41,373 nucleotides of DNA from a virus (taxonomy: Duplodnaviria; Caudoviricetes). Below are positions 9,701 to 17,959 of this stretch, one piece after another. The translations under genes were made by a program, and so were the position numbers. The notes under the pieces are model-generated. The model saw only the letters and a program-made list of their open reading frames with translations. It made no database searches and had not been told where the DNA came from. The stretch is taken from positions 1 to 41,373 of the IMG/VR virus record IMGVR_UViG_3300005611_000067; one strand, 5' to 3'. How positions within the stretch are numbered: position 1 is the stretch's first letter; each line of letters begins with the position of its first letter.

Positions 9701-10335
9701 ATGTGTTTGAAGTTCAATTCTCTACGGCTGGGTCTGTAACAACTACAAACTGCCCTGATGCAAATTGTTATGAGATTGTAGCAAAGGTAGAGAAGTACAT
9801 TGATGGTTGTGATGACGGGGGCACCGGATGCACTCAAATTGGATCTGGCGGAACCAACTCAGATGGTTATCATATTTACCCAGATGACTTTGATGCCAAT
9901 GTAGTAAGAGCATGGGATACTTATCCTTATGAAAAACTTGGTATTGACATTAGGAACAAGACAGGTAATGGATTTGATCTTGTTCTTAAGGTACCAAGAC
10001 TTAAACGAATTGGTTTAATTGATGTATATGCTGATAGTGATGGTAACTTTAGACAACTTGCATTGGATTGGCTGGCAGATTATCACGCTCATGATTGGGA
10101 TAGTACTTCTGTTGCACAACCAGAAGCAAATAGCACATCAAATATAAATAATCATCCACCTTATTATGAAGATATGTATATCAATAAGCACAACAATAGC
10201 CCAACAGATGGTGGATCTGCCGCAGCATTTAGTCTTGAAACAGCAGTACAGTTTATCCGTCTTGGAATCCCTGCAAATATTAGGGTGAGTTTCTACACGG
10301 TGACAACTCCACAAACCAATTTGTTTGAGGGATAA
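6736..10335 (+). CDS. Tail fibre-like protein with an N-terminal Cys-rich domain and an internal T7 gp17-type anchor domain
   Basis: FKDGAKLSAEDLNTSLHQLLFLIQE is the gp17 N-domain signature. LDNLNNVSITSVTSGEFLSFNGTNWVN is a fibre repeat. About 49 Cys lie in aa ~66-340. Confidence 0.8.
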   Translation: MADWIRSPSYRWFTNAQWVQYAFEKTENENAQWNSYYGSNPKITISPGLNPDNPTHQLAALGSSICNICDLYNNCGNTLWSLICIMSKYVGQENCNCGICEQCADNLGGAFCDALGEFCDNGSTIPCGVIPEDCNYDLTLCGVFQCDALDNNKCINEYGQFVDCDSEDSLCNPCNGGCDDYVPCPCGEGGGCKLIPSTETCPSTCCVPGEPGCVECCYPGFENCGIWAPEDLCCPTCGEGCQPYGYPMPESFCQSCEYCNIDPTAEQCSVNCCQCPNSSIWITCEEVEQGACEPPQCADFSANCYECGGSYIPIWFGCYEDDPCPNPYNPDCTTGEETVCYDFNTNDPIYYNPSNLGASVIIEYDNPTTGTPYGYGNVATLCSVPDSLQLCVYLVDGSGNKTQLTYETDFQINEQDATVTLQQSVTVAGFAKLRFERCSDDKRMFLTFKDGAKLSAEDLNTSLHQLLFLIQEKEFASNNYYQVANDDGSGGALFTVTPSTSSPFNFDLSSVTANDVLIWDGNGSFVGAPPSQIAGNITLDNLNNVSITSVTSGEFLSFNGTNWVNASLPAAATYFETFETYNTTANNDLDDYYVLGQCDTDIDAAWGALTTGCMAVPKDLIPNAITSFGLGYYAAQQQISDQLGDPTEQLPVYIANQISTSTASGGIILTSFRWEIGRGEGRNISSISDYPLAYFDINKFDTLDHPGTGGTLTGSDPTQSDLAYYRPWPALTCSVCKNKLYMTNIEKFLYNPSKTHTFGLEFTSGTLNPTTDRYLSRVRSVINKSDWGTALGYTEEHPLTDYPNASVQYTDQTNSMITVNYQFTDALNLNNYSNTKHVPSVVTYYLSHLWDGTGSPPSYIVWDGNMDTLGKVDESGIPTDVSTYLGAGTGSNWFYWRWWITGYDSGNDSSDPANIDSTSYYNPFDPAKVSLENDNSYTILPASTNWYTDYLADPTDLTMAKGGSYSIKVDANKVFTNLERVLPDMYDEYVFEVQFSTAGSVTTTNCPDANCYEIVAKVEKYIDGCDDGGTGCTQIGSGGTNSDGYHIYPDDFDANVVRAWDTYPYEKLGIDIRNKTGNGFDLVLKVPRLKRIGLIDVYADSDGNFRQLALDWLADYHAHDWDSTSVAQPEANSTSNINNHPPYYEDMYINKHNNSPTDGGSAAAFSLETAVQFIRLGIPANIRVSFYTVTTPQTNLFEG

Positions 10336-10337
10336 CA

Positions 10338-12185
10338 ATGGCTACAGTAGAAGTAATCAAATCAGCAGGAAGTGGTTATGATATTGAATTTATATCATGG
10401 TCTCCTATACAACTCATTCAAGAACTTGGGGTTGCTCAATTAAAGATTTACTTTGCGGTTGACAACAACACCAACCCATGGACTGAACTATATAGACCAT
10501 CATGGATCCATACTTTAAGCAACGCATCAACGGTCAGTTTAAAAAATGCTACCTATACAGGACAAAGCAATGAGCAGATTCCAGCATATCTAGATCCTGC
10601 AATACACAAACTTAAGTTAGTTAGGGTTACTTCCACTAGCCTATATACTACTTTTGTTGATGGTGCAAAGTTAAGTGGCAGAGATTTGAATGTTGTAAAT
10701 ACTCAGGCACTTCACTTGTTGGAAGAAGAGGCAGCACGATTGGATGGAGAGGATGCAGACATCTATTCATTTATCAGTGCTTCTCTTGCCAACTACTATA
10801 ACAAAACAGAAATTGATGCAGTCCTTAATAATTTAGGATTGGTTGAGTCTTGGCAAGAGGGTACTAGTTATATCCAAGGTGATGTTGTTAAACATGACGA
10901 TCCTAATACAGAAGCAACTAATGATACTGTTTGGTATTGTACAACTAGCCACACAGGAACGCTACAAAACCAACCATCGGAAAGCGGAGGTGGTGTAGCA
11001 TATTGGTCATCGCAAAAATCAACAGTATTGAATAGTCTAGGATACATTAGAAAACTTCCGGGTGTAACTGGAGAAGAACTTGAGTGGAACACTATAAAAG
11101 TTTCAAATGCAAATGCCTCAGCATTAAAAATCATAACACATGCAAGTCAATCTACAGATGTATTATCAGTAAACAATTCTAGTAACGATATCATATTCAA
11201 CCTTACTTCCAGTAATTCCCTTATACTCAACAACAACATGTCTATCTGGGCTAAAGGAAGTGTGTACTCTTCTGGAAACAATTGGTTTAATTATACTCCA
11301 ACCGACACAGTAGTAAATACTCCAGTGGTATCTGTTAAAGGTAGAGGAAATCACAATGCATTTGAGGTTGTCAAATCAACAGCCTCAACTAATACATCAT
11401 CTGGAGATGTATTGTTTACAATAAACGATGACAGTTTGTTTGCTGGTGCCACAAGCCATTATATTGATGGTGGAACAGTAGAGTTTATAAACAAACTAAT
11501 ATGGTTTTCTAATGGAGAAACACAGGATTGCTATGGTAATGATACTCTCGATGTTAACAACGAGCCACCGTTTACAGGAGTTAGGTTTGGTAGAGACGCC
11601 CAGTTTGGTACTTTAGCCTCATGCTCATCGCCATTTGTTCCAACCCTTAGTCTTTCTGCAACAACAGGAAATATTGGTACAATAGGAACCATAACAACAT
11701 CAAATACAATAACTGGTTGGGATGTGGTAGTTGACAATGTTCAAAGTGCGGATTATCTTAAAACAGATGCAACTGGTAAGATTATTGCTGGCATTGGCTC
11801 ACCAGTAACAAACCATGTTGCTTGGCAAGTAGCAGGATCAAACACTTCATTAGCAAATAGGGATGTTGTTTATTTAGACAATGGAACAGGTCTGTGGACA
11901 AAATCACAAGCAAACAATCCAGCAACACTTGGAATAGGAATGATTGATGGACTGTCTGGTTCATCAGACAACCAAAGTTTTTCTGTTGTATTTATTGGAG
12001 CCGTGTCTGGATTTACCAATTTGGAAATTGGAAACTGGTATTGGCTATCTGCTACAGTTGCAGGAGGAATTACATCTACATCCCCATCAGGTTCTGGTGC
12101 ATTGGTAGATCCAATTGGTGTTGCTGTAAGTGCAACAACACTATTTGTAACCCCAGCCAGAGCAAGTAAACTACCAATAGTATAA
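10338..12185 (+). CDS. Tail fibre protein: gp17-type anchor, CBM5/12-like module and C-terminal beta-rich domain
   Basis: FVDGAKLSGRDLNVVNTQALHLLEE anchor motif. WQEGTSYIQGDVVKH...VWYCTTSHT...YW resembles carbohydrate-binding module family 5/12. Confidence 0.82.
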   Translation: MATVEVIKSAGSGYDIEFISWSPIQLIQELGVAQLKIYFAVDNNTNPWTELYRPSWIHTLSNASTVSLKNATYTGQSNEQIPAYLDPAIHKLKLVRVTSTSLYTTFVDGAKLSGRDLNVVNTQALHLLEEEAARLDGEDADIYSFISASLANYYNKTEIDAVLNNLGLVESWQEGTSYIQGDVVKHDDPNTEATNDTVWYCTTSHTGTLQNQPSESGGGVAYWSSQKSTVLNSLGYIRKLPGVTGEELEWNTIKVSNANASALKIITHASQSTDVLSVNNSSNDIIFNLTSSNSLILNNNMSIWAKGSVYSSGNNWFNYTPTDTVVNTPVVSVKGRGNHNAFEVVKSTASTNTSSGDVLFTINDDSLFAGATSHYIDGGTVEFINKLIWFSNGETQDCYGNDTLDVNNEPPFTGVRFGRDAQFGTLASCSSPFVPTLSLSATTGNIGTIGTITTSNTITGWDVVVDNVQSADYLKTDATGKIIAGIGSPVTNHVAWQVAGSNTSLANRDVVYLDNGTGLWTKSQANNPATLGIGMIDGLSGSSDNQSFSVVFIGAVSGFTNLEIGNWYWLSATVAGGITSTSPSGSGALVDPIGVAVSATTLFVTPARASKLPIV

Positions 12186-12194
12186 GGAGATACC

Positions 12195-13271
12195 ATGCCA
12201 CAGAATTATGATATTATTGAGATTATCTCCAGCGATCAAACTGGTGGATGTAACTGTACCTCGTCTGATTTTTCAAATGATTTTATTGCCAAAACAAATG
12301 GCACCTATACAACAAGCCTAAGATCAAGTGATAACAATTCAATATGGACACCATCTAGTTTAACAATTGGAAGTGCTAATGCATCAAGCCTCCAATCAAT
12401 TGTAATTTCTAGTAACTCAAATACAAACTCAAAGATAACAATTCAGTCAACATCTGATAATACAGAAATATACCCAGACAAGATATTGAGTGATAGGTTT
12501 CAAGCAGGATCAACAGATATCAAAGAGACTGGATCCATTATCAATGACTTAACCTTCAATGGTGATATACTACCCGGAACAAATAATCTATATGACATTG
12601 GATCTACTTCAAATAGAGTAAAGAAAATTTGGTCCATTGATGCAGATTTATCAGGCACATTGTCAATAGCAAACCTAAGCCCAACTACTTTAGCTGTAGG
12701 ATCCACATCAGTTTTTACTGGTCTCGCTACCTTTAATGGGAATATTGAAGTACCGGGGATATCCACACTTGGGACCATACTTTCAACCACTATAGTGGCA
12801 CAAACTGGAAGTTTTACATCATCAATTTCATCTGCTTTAGGTTCATTTACTACTGCAACTGTTAGTAACCCACCAACTATATCTACAAGTGTTGTTCGTA
12901 AATCAGATGTTGAGCTAACTCCAAATCAATCACTGAATATTTACAAACTCTCAACAAATGCTGATGGGTTTATTGACAGCATCACAGCAGCCACTGCTGA
13001 TGATTTACCAACCCATGTTACAAGACATCACACAACAACAAGACAGACTGCTGCACCGGGCAGTGGTTTAGGTGGAGACGGATTAAACTCTTATGAGATT
13101 GGGGCAGTAGAAAGAGCCAACCCAGTAGTGAGTAAGCCGTTAAGAATGACAACATCACCCAATCACACCTATGGAACAGCCGTTCCTTACTTTGTAGTAA
13201 TCGAGACAGGAGATCAACCAGAAACCTCTGGACCAGAAGGCCAGATCATATTTAGGAAAGCCCAACAATGA
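12195..13271 (+). CDS. Ser/Thr-rich tail fibre-associated protein
   Basis: GDILPGTNNLYDIGSTSNRVKKIW is a repeat motif common in phage fibres. It has an AAGGAG SD and lies in the tail module. Confidence 0.7.
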   Translation: MPQNYDIIEIISSDQTGGCNCTSSDFSNDFIAKTNGTYTTSLRSSDNNSIWTPSSLTIGSANASSLQSIVISSNSNTNSKITIQSTSDNTEIYPDKILSDRFQAGSTDIKETGSIINDLTFNGDILPGTNNLYDIGSTSNRVKKIWSIDADLSGTLSIANLSPTTLAVGSTSVFTGLATFNGNIEVPGISTLGTILSTTIVAQTGSFTSSISSALGSFTTATVSNPPTISTSVVRKSDVELTPNQSLNIYKLSTNADGFIDSITAATADDLPTHVTRHHTTTRQTAAPGSGLGGDGLNSYEIGAVERANPVVSKPLRMTTSPNHTYGTAVPYFVVIETGDQPETSGPEGQIIFRKAQQ

Positions 13272-14503
13272 GTAATCATATTGGAGGACCGAGCCAACCC
13301 GGAGGACCACCAGAAGAGAATGGAAAACTGTGGATTAGAGACAACACAGGAACAGCCTTAGAAATAAGTGATGTATGGATTAGAGAAGAAGGACAACTGA
13401 AAAAAATTGATAAGGTTTGGATTAGAGATAACTCATATGCATATTCATCTGCTGTCCATTATGATAACTTACCAGAGCCTTTGATAGCACCACCAACACC
13501 AACATACAATGAACAGGCACTTGCTAAAGGACACAAAAGAGAACTATATGTTCCTCAAGCAGCAGGCGATTCAAATAGTACTGGTACTATAAATGATTCA
13601 GCAGTTCTTAATTACATTGCAGGACGACCTTGGTTAAACGACGCAGAATATGGGATTCTTGATTTTGAAACCCCATACATGAGTTGGTTGGCTCAAGGCG
13701 TAAGCAATCCACCAAATGATAATTATTTCCATGCATTGAATGAAATGATTGATCTTATCCAAAAAGTTAAAAATTCATTTCCACAAATTAAATGGGCTTT
13801 TTATGGTGAACCAAATGTTAGATTCTTTATCTTTAGCAATACTTGGTTAGGATTAGAGCAAAGTAATCAGTATGATTTAATAAACGAAAGATTAAATCAA
13901 TATGTAACAGCATATGGTCCACTTCTTGATGAGCAGGATTACATATCACCTTCATTTTTTGATAAATATGTAGCCCCAGAAAGATCTGAACAAACTAAAA
14001 GATGGGTGCATTATAATATAGAAGCAAGTAAAAGACACAATGAAGACAGAAACCAAGACAAACTAATAATTCCAATGCTATGTCCAATGTATCAATATAT
14101 AAATATTGGTGATAATTATTTGCCAATATTTGTAGGTAGTGAAGAAGTAAGAGATGAAATGATTTATCCAGCATTGGAAAATGGGTCGTATAATAACTTT
14201 ACTTTATGGTCTGGTCAAACTTTTTGGGTACCGAGTGCGTTTGATCTATCGACATATCCTCTAGATTGGACAGATCTTCCAGAAGACGAACAAGCCATGG
14301 GTCAACGAATAAGCAGATATAGAGCAGCATATACTGAAGAATTTTTTAATGGTGTTGCCCCAGATTGGAACAGTCCAACAGACGAAGAAACACTAAGACA
14401 CGCTGTGTGCCAAAGAATGATTCAATACATGGATGACATGAAAGCAGATGCTATTGAAAAATTACAAACCAATCCAATAACACAACTTGTATACGAAATC
14501 TAA
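13268..14503 (+). CDS. Putative virion glycoside hydrolase (GH56/hyaluronidase-like TIM barrel) with an N-terminal fibre-attachment-like segment
   Basis: GILDFETPY (DxE), KNSFPQIKWAFYGEP and DYISPSFF occur in the order of the GH56 motifs IDWE, PxxxWG(F/Y)YxFP and ALxPSxY. The N-terminus has three (L/V)WIR repeats. Confidence 0.55.
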   Translation: MSNHIGGPSQPGGPPEENGKLWIRDNTGTALEISDVWIREEGQLKKIDKVWIRDNSYAYSSAVHYDNLPEPLIAPPTPTYNEQALAKGHKRELYVPQAAGDSNSTGTINDSAVLNYIAGRPWLNDAEYGILDFETPYMSWLAQGVSNPPNDNYFHALNEMIDLIQKVKNSFPQIKWAFYGEPNVRFFIFSNTWLGLEQSNQYDLINERLNQYVTAYGPLLDEQDYISPSFFDKYVAPERSEQTKRWVHYNIEASKRHNEDRNQDKLIIPMLCPMYQYINIGDNYLPIFVGSEEVRDEMIYPALENGSYNNFTLWSGQTFWVPSAFDLSTYPLDWTDLPEDEQAMGQRISRYRAAYTEEFFNGVAPDWNSPTDEETLRHAVCQRMIQYMDDMKADAIEKLQTNPITQLVYEI

Positions 14504-14515
14504 AGGAGAGATACA

Positions 14516-14779
14516 ATGGAAGGAAAGCACCCAGACTTATCAACTGTTTTACAATTGCTTCAGATAGTAATTATTGCTATAGGTTTGGCTGGAGTATTTG
14601 TAAGAGTAGGTGAATATCAGGCAAATCAAGTCTACAACACAGGTCAACTAGAAGATTTAAAAGAAATTGTAGAAGAGTTGACCAAATCGCAGATTGAATT
14701 TGTTGCAACAGATGCTGCTTTAAAGGAGAGAATAGATGCGCTTAGAGTACGCATGGATCGTCTTGATCGTTCTAATTAA
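14516..14779 (+). CDS. Single-TM coiled-coil membrane protein (holin or inner-membrane lysis candidate)
   Basis: Hydrophobic VLQLLQIVIIAIGLAGVFV followed by a heptad-like helix. It has an AAGGAG SD and lies between the tail and terminase genes. Confidence 0.6.
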   Translation: MEGKHPDLSTVLQLLQIVIIAIGLAGVFVRVGEYQANQVYNTGQLEDLKEIVEELTKSQIEFVATDAALKERIDALRVRMDRLDRSN

Positions 14780-15293
14780 TGGGTGTTCCCCTTCCAAACA
14801 AATAGGAAAGAATGTTGTAGAGGTTTCTAGAGTAGCACAGTCAAGCAAAGAGCGATTCCAAACTATTGAGGAAGAGGTCCGTAAAACCGAGCATATGGAT
14901 GTTCTGCTCATCAGTGATGAAGCAAAACATGGAGCAAGAGAGCAACAAGATATTATTGATATTATGTACAATACCGTGGAACTGTTACCAGAGATTGATG
15001 ACACAGTTCCATGGTGGGCACCAATACTGGAATACGGATTGTTGTCACTAGGAATCATAGGAGCCTTCGTCATCCTATGGTACCTTGGATTGGGAAAACC
15101 AATTAGAGCGTTTATGAGATTGTTTGCCTCAATGATTCCCAAAGGGAAGAAAGAAACCGCAAAGTTGATGATTGAGGCAGAAGACGATACTTCCAAAACA
15201 AGCATCAGAGAAGCCGTGGCTGTTCTCAGAGCAACAGACAAGGACTTTGATGCTGCATACAAAAAGGAGAAAAAACAATGGAAGCATTCCTAG
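14736..15293 (+). CDS. Lipoprotein with a second TM segment (spanin-like candidate)
   Basis: Signal peptide ending LINGC (lipobox-like), then WWAPILEYGLLSLGIIGAFVILWYLGLG. AAGGAG SD at about 14722. Confidence 0.6.
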   Translation: MRLEYAWIVLIVLINGCSPSKQIGKNVVEVSRVAQSSKERFQTIEEEVRKTEHMDVLLISDEAKHGAREQQDIIDIMYNTVELLPEIDDTVPWWAPILEYGLLSLGIIGAFVILWYLGLGKPIRAFMRLFASMIPKGKKETAKLMIEAEDDTSKTSIREAVAVLRATDKDFDAAYKKEKKQWKHS

Positions 15294-15385
15294 GAAGTTT
15301 GTGGTTTGCTGGGCTGATGTGCCTAGCCGGATACATCGCAGGATGTATATTTCCCATCTCTAAGATTAGAAGCCTTATTCGATGA
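15278..15385 (+). CDS. 35-aa membrane peptide (MEAFLGSLWFAGLMCLAGYIAGCIFPISKIRSLIR)
   Basis: AAGGAG SD at about 15263. The stop overlaps the terS ATG (ATGA). One hydrophobic helix. Absent from the ORF track. Confidence 0.65.
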   Translation: MEAFLGSLWFAGLMCLAGYIAGCIFPISKIRSLIR

Positions 15386-15603
15386 AGAGTAAAGTACAGA
15401 TCTTAAATGAGATGCTACTGGATTCACTTGTTCGGGATCTCAAGGATCCTGACAAGTGTACTCCGGGGCTATATACCGTCATCCGTGGCATCATCAATGA
15501 CAATAGAGAAGCAGCAGATGGCATCCCAAGTCAAGCACTTGAAGAAGTAACCAAGGCAATGTCCGAGGCTGCACCCTTCAAGATCAAGGAATCAACATAT
15601 TGA
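15382..15603 (+). CDS. terS: Terminase small subunit (T7 gp18-like)
   Basis: 73-aa helical protein overlapping terL. The 'TPGLYTVIRGIINDN...PF' segment resembles gp18-type 'xxAxxxxAxxFLKDN...LPF'. Confidence 0.65.
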   Translation: MKSKVQILNEMLLDSLVRDLKDPDKCTPGLYTVIRGIINDNREAADGIPSQALEEVTKAMSEAAPFKIKESTY

Positions 15604-17264
15604 TTAAACCTACTGAAGAAGTCGTTAATGATTTCAGGAACCATGTGTTCTTTTGCATGAAGCACCTAGGACTTGGAGAGCCTACCCCCATGCAATATGA
15701 AATCTCAAGACAACTTCAGTATGGACCAAACGATTTCATTCTGGCGGCTGGGCGTGGAACAGGGAAGTCCACGCTCACCGCCATGTTTGCCTCATGGTTC
15801 ATGATGGCAAATCCAAACAAGACTGTATTGGTGTTGTCTGCCACCCAACAGAAAGCCATTGAGTTTGTATCTCAAACAAGAAAGATCCTGAACATGGTGC
15901 CATACTGCAATCACATGATTCCAGATGAGCATACCAAAGACTCGGCACTTGGCTTCAATCACAATATCAGAACATCATTCACACAGGATCTATCCTGCAC
16001 TGCCAGAGGATCAACCTCTCAGATTACAGGACTCCACGCAGATCTCATCATCTGTGATGACGTAGAGATCTCAACCAATACCCAAACTGTAGAAGCAAGA
16101 GAGCGTCTTCTTCACAAACTAACCGAACTAGAGTCCGTCAGGAACAAGGGATCAAGAGTCTTGTTCCTAGGGACACCGCACTCTGCGGAATCAATATATA
16201 CAGTACTCAAGCAATCATATCCATTGGTCAAGTATCCTGCTCTCATGCCTGACCAAAGCCTCCCCGGTGAATCCGAGGATATTGCTGATTGGATATGGGA
16301 TCTTAATCTTGCTGCTGGCGAGTCCACCCAGCCTGAGCGTTTTGACACGGAAATGCTCATGGAACGCAAGGCTAAGATTGGACCCAAGGCTTTTGCCTTG
16401 CAATACATGCTTGATACTACCCTGTCAGATATAGACAAGTATCCGTTGAAGCTGTCCGATCTCATCGTATTCGATGTGCCGTTTGACAAGGCTCCAGAGA
16501 AAGTCATCTGGCAGGGTCAAAACGCCAATAAGAAGATGCCAAGTTGGGGACTGGGTGGGGATATGATCATGGAACCTATGCACATATCCTCAAACTATGT
16601 GGACTATCAACATAGACACATGGTCATAGATCCCTCTGGTCGTGGGGCAGATGAGACTGCTGTATGCATTGCCTCCACGGCTGGTGGGATGATCTACATC
16701 CACGAACTGATTGGATGGGAGGGGGGATACAACGATGCTGTCCTAAACAAAATTGCTAAATTATGTTTAGAATATGGGATCAAAATGGTACGGGTAGAGT
16801 CCAACTTTGGTGATGGTCTCTTTTCCAAAGTCATTACCCCATTCCTCATTGAGAACTGTGGGCGTATAGGCATCGAGGAGTTCCGTGTATCGGGACGGAA
16901 GGAAGCAAGGATGCTGGATACCCTAGAGCCTGTGATAGCCCAGCATCGCCTTGTATGGGATCGTAGGGTAGCCAAGGATGAGAAGAACCAGATCCAACTC
17001 ACAAGGCTCACAGACGAGCGTGGATGCCTCAAACATGATGACCGCATTGATGCCCTTGCCAGTGCCGTGGACTTCTACAAGGACATGATGCAATACAATA
17101 CAGATAGACTTATTCAAGATAATAAACAAAAAGAATGGGAAAACATGGTTGCTAGTTGGGCTAGCGATTTCAGGGCTTCTGACTGGATTCCCCACAGTGG
17201 GGCTATTCGCGAACTGACAGCCAAGAAGCAACAAAAGAAAAGTAACCAATGGGGATGGAGGTAA
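15600..17264 (+). CDS. terL: Terminase large subunit (T7 gp19-like)
   Basis: Walker A GRGTGKS, Walker B IICDDVE, FLGTPH, QYMLDTTLSDIDKYPLKL, nuclease IDPSGRGADET, ESNFGDG and HDDRIDALA. Confidence 0.97.
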   Translation: MIKPTEEVVNDFRNHVFFCMKHLGLGEPTPMQYEISRQLQYGPNDFILAAGRGTGKSTLTAMFASWFMMANPNKTVLVLSATQQKAIEFVSQTRKILNMVPYCNHMIPDEHTKDSALGFNHNIRTSFTQDLSCTARGSTSQITGLHADLIICDDVEISTNTQTVEARERLLHKLTELESVRNKGSRVLFLGTPHSAESIYTVLKQSYPLVKYPALMPDQSLPGESEDIADWIWDLNLAAGESTQPERFDTEMLMERKAKIGPKAFALQYMLDTTLSDIDKYPLKLSDLIVFDVPFDKAPEKVIWQGQNANKKMPSWGLGGDMIMEPMHISSNYVDYQHRHMVIDPSGRGADETAVCIASTAGGMIYIHELIGWEGGYNDAVLNKIAKLCLEYGIKMVRVESNFGDGLFSKVITPFLIENCGRIGIEEFRVSGRKEARMLDTLEPVIAQHRLVWDRRVAKDEKNQIQLTRLTDERGCLKHDDRIDALASAVDFYKDMMQYNTDRLIQDNKQKEWENMVASWASDFRASDWIPHSGAIRELTAKKQQKKSNQWGWR

Positions 17265-17267
17265 CAT

Positions 17268-17948
17268 ATGGATTTAGGAGCAATTGCACTAGGTGCTGGC
17301 ATAGTAAGCGGTATTTTTCAAGGTATTACAGGCAATTCTGCTGCTAGAAGAAGAGAGCAACAAGCACGACAGGCTTGGATTCAGGGAGAAATGCAAAAGG
17401 CCATCAACAATGGTAAGCAATTATTCAATGCCTCTTATGCCCAGCAACAACAAATGGAACGAAATGCTGCCATTCAACGAGCAGCATATCTTTTTGAGAG
17501 CGATTCACTTAAAGCACTTAGCCTCCAAAAATCATTTGCAGATGGGGAGATGAGCAAAACCTACAGACAAATGAAAGGTGCATTAGGTAATCAACTAGCA
17601 GCATCCAAAATATCTGGAGGCACAGCCAAGGCATTGAGCCTAGCACAAAGTGCAAACTTCCTAAATCAAACAATGCAGTCAGATAGAAACTATAAACAAA
17701 CAGAAAACAATATCAAGAGACAAATGGAGAATATGATGAATCAACAACGCTTTGATTTAATCATGCCCAACCTACAGTTATCCAGTCAAAAGCCAATAGG
17801 AGAATCCTATGGGGCAATGAATATTATTGCAGGAACAGCAGGTGGTCTTGCGTCAGGTCTAGGCGCGTATGCCTCTATTTCCGGCATGGGCACATCAGCA
17901 CCACAAGTTGGTCAAACACCTGCACCATATTACCTAGCAAGACCTTAA
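17268..17948 (+). CDS. Internal virion (ejection) protein, gp14-like
   Basis: Gly/Ala hydrophobic N- and C-termini flank a Gln-rich helix. 226 aa, first of the ejection cluster. Confidence 0.7.
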   Translation: MDLGAIALGAGIVSGIFQGITGNSAARRREQQARQAWIQGEMQKAINNGKQLFNASYAQQQQMERNAAIQRAAYLFESDSLKALSLQKSFADGEMSKTYRQMKGALGNQLAASKISGGTAKALSLAQSANFLNQTMQSDRNYKQTENNIKRQMENMMNQQRFDLIMPNLQLSSQKPIGESYGAMNIIAGTAGGLASGLGAYASISGMGTSAPQVGQTPAPYYLARP

Positions 17949-17959
17949 GGAGACTTTAA

